A stretch of 63,965 nucleotides of DNA, counting the filler, from Octopus bimaculoides (lineage: Eukaryota), in NCBI RefSeq assembly GCF_001194135.2. It is 5 parts of 5 records of this genome, joined end to end, with 100 filler letters (N's around TTAATTAATTAA, not from the genome) between each part and the next. Parts side by side here need not be neighbours in the genome. Positions count along the whole stretch, not along the records: positions 62,761 to 63,965 come from NW_026336904.1; 4 more parts are not named here. The stretch is one strand, 5' to 3'. The notes below the pieces were generated by a model. That model saw only the letters and a list, made by a program, of their open reading frames with translations. It had not been told where the DNA came from and searched no databases. The position numbers were made by a program, and so were the translations under genes. Shown one piece after another: positions 63,922-63,965 of the stretch (position 1 is the first letter of the stretch; every line of letters begins with the position of its first letter).

Positions 63922-63965
<44 letters not shown>

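Overview
Eukaryotic, AT-rich, microsatellite-dense genomic DNA from a gapped scaffold (about 26 N-runs). The repeat families look like octopus/cephalopod DNA; this is an inference from recalled repeat families, not a database match. Almost all ORFs in the supplied track are artefacts of microsatellites or N-gaps. One host coding exon is clearly recognisable: the last exon of a cofilin/ADF-family gene on the minus strand (47919-48075). A weaker, unidentified candidate exon lies at 17505-17657 (-). The rest is a dense transposon landscape: (i) RTE-clade LINE pieces and many (GAT)n-tailed 3' ends, (ii) three different restriction-like-endonuclease (R4/Dong-type) non-LTR families, two in (TAA)n arrays and one apparently targeting (CATA)n, (iii) Penelope-like GIY-YIG remnants and hammerhead-like motifs, (iv) at least four tRNA-derived SINE families, several nested or rearranged, (v) mariner, Tigger, hAT and piggyBac-like DNA elements and MITEs, and (vi) two complex tandem arrays and several long hairpins. 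The most notable observations are a putative (CATA)n-specific RLE retrotransposon that carries its own target repeat, a ~1.4 kb conserved-core/variable-spacer array whose core superimposes STAT, NF-kB-like and ETS motifs, twin hairpins with an identical 14-nt loop, and a double-tailed/inverted RTE insertion.
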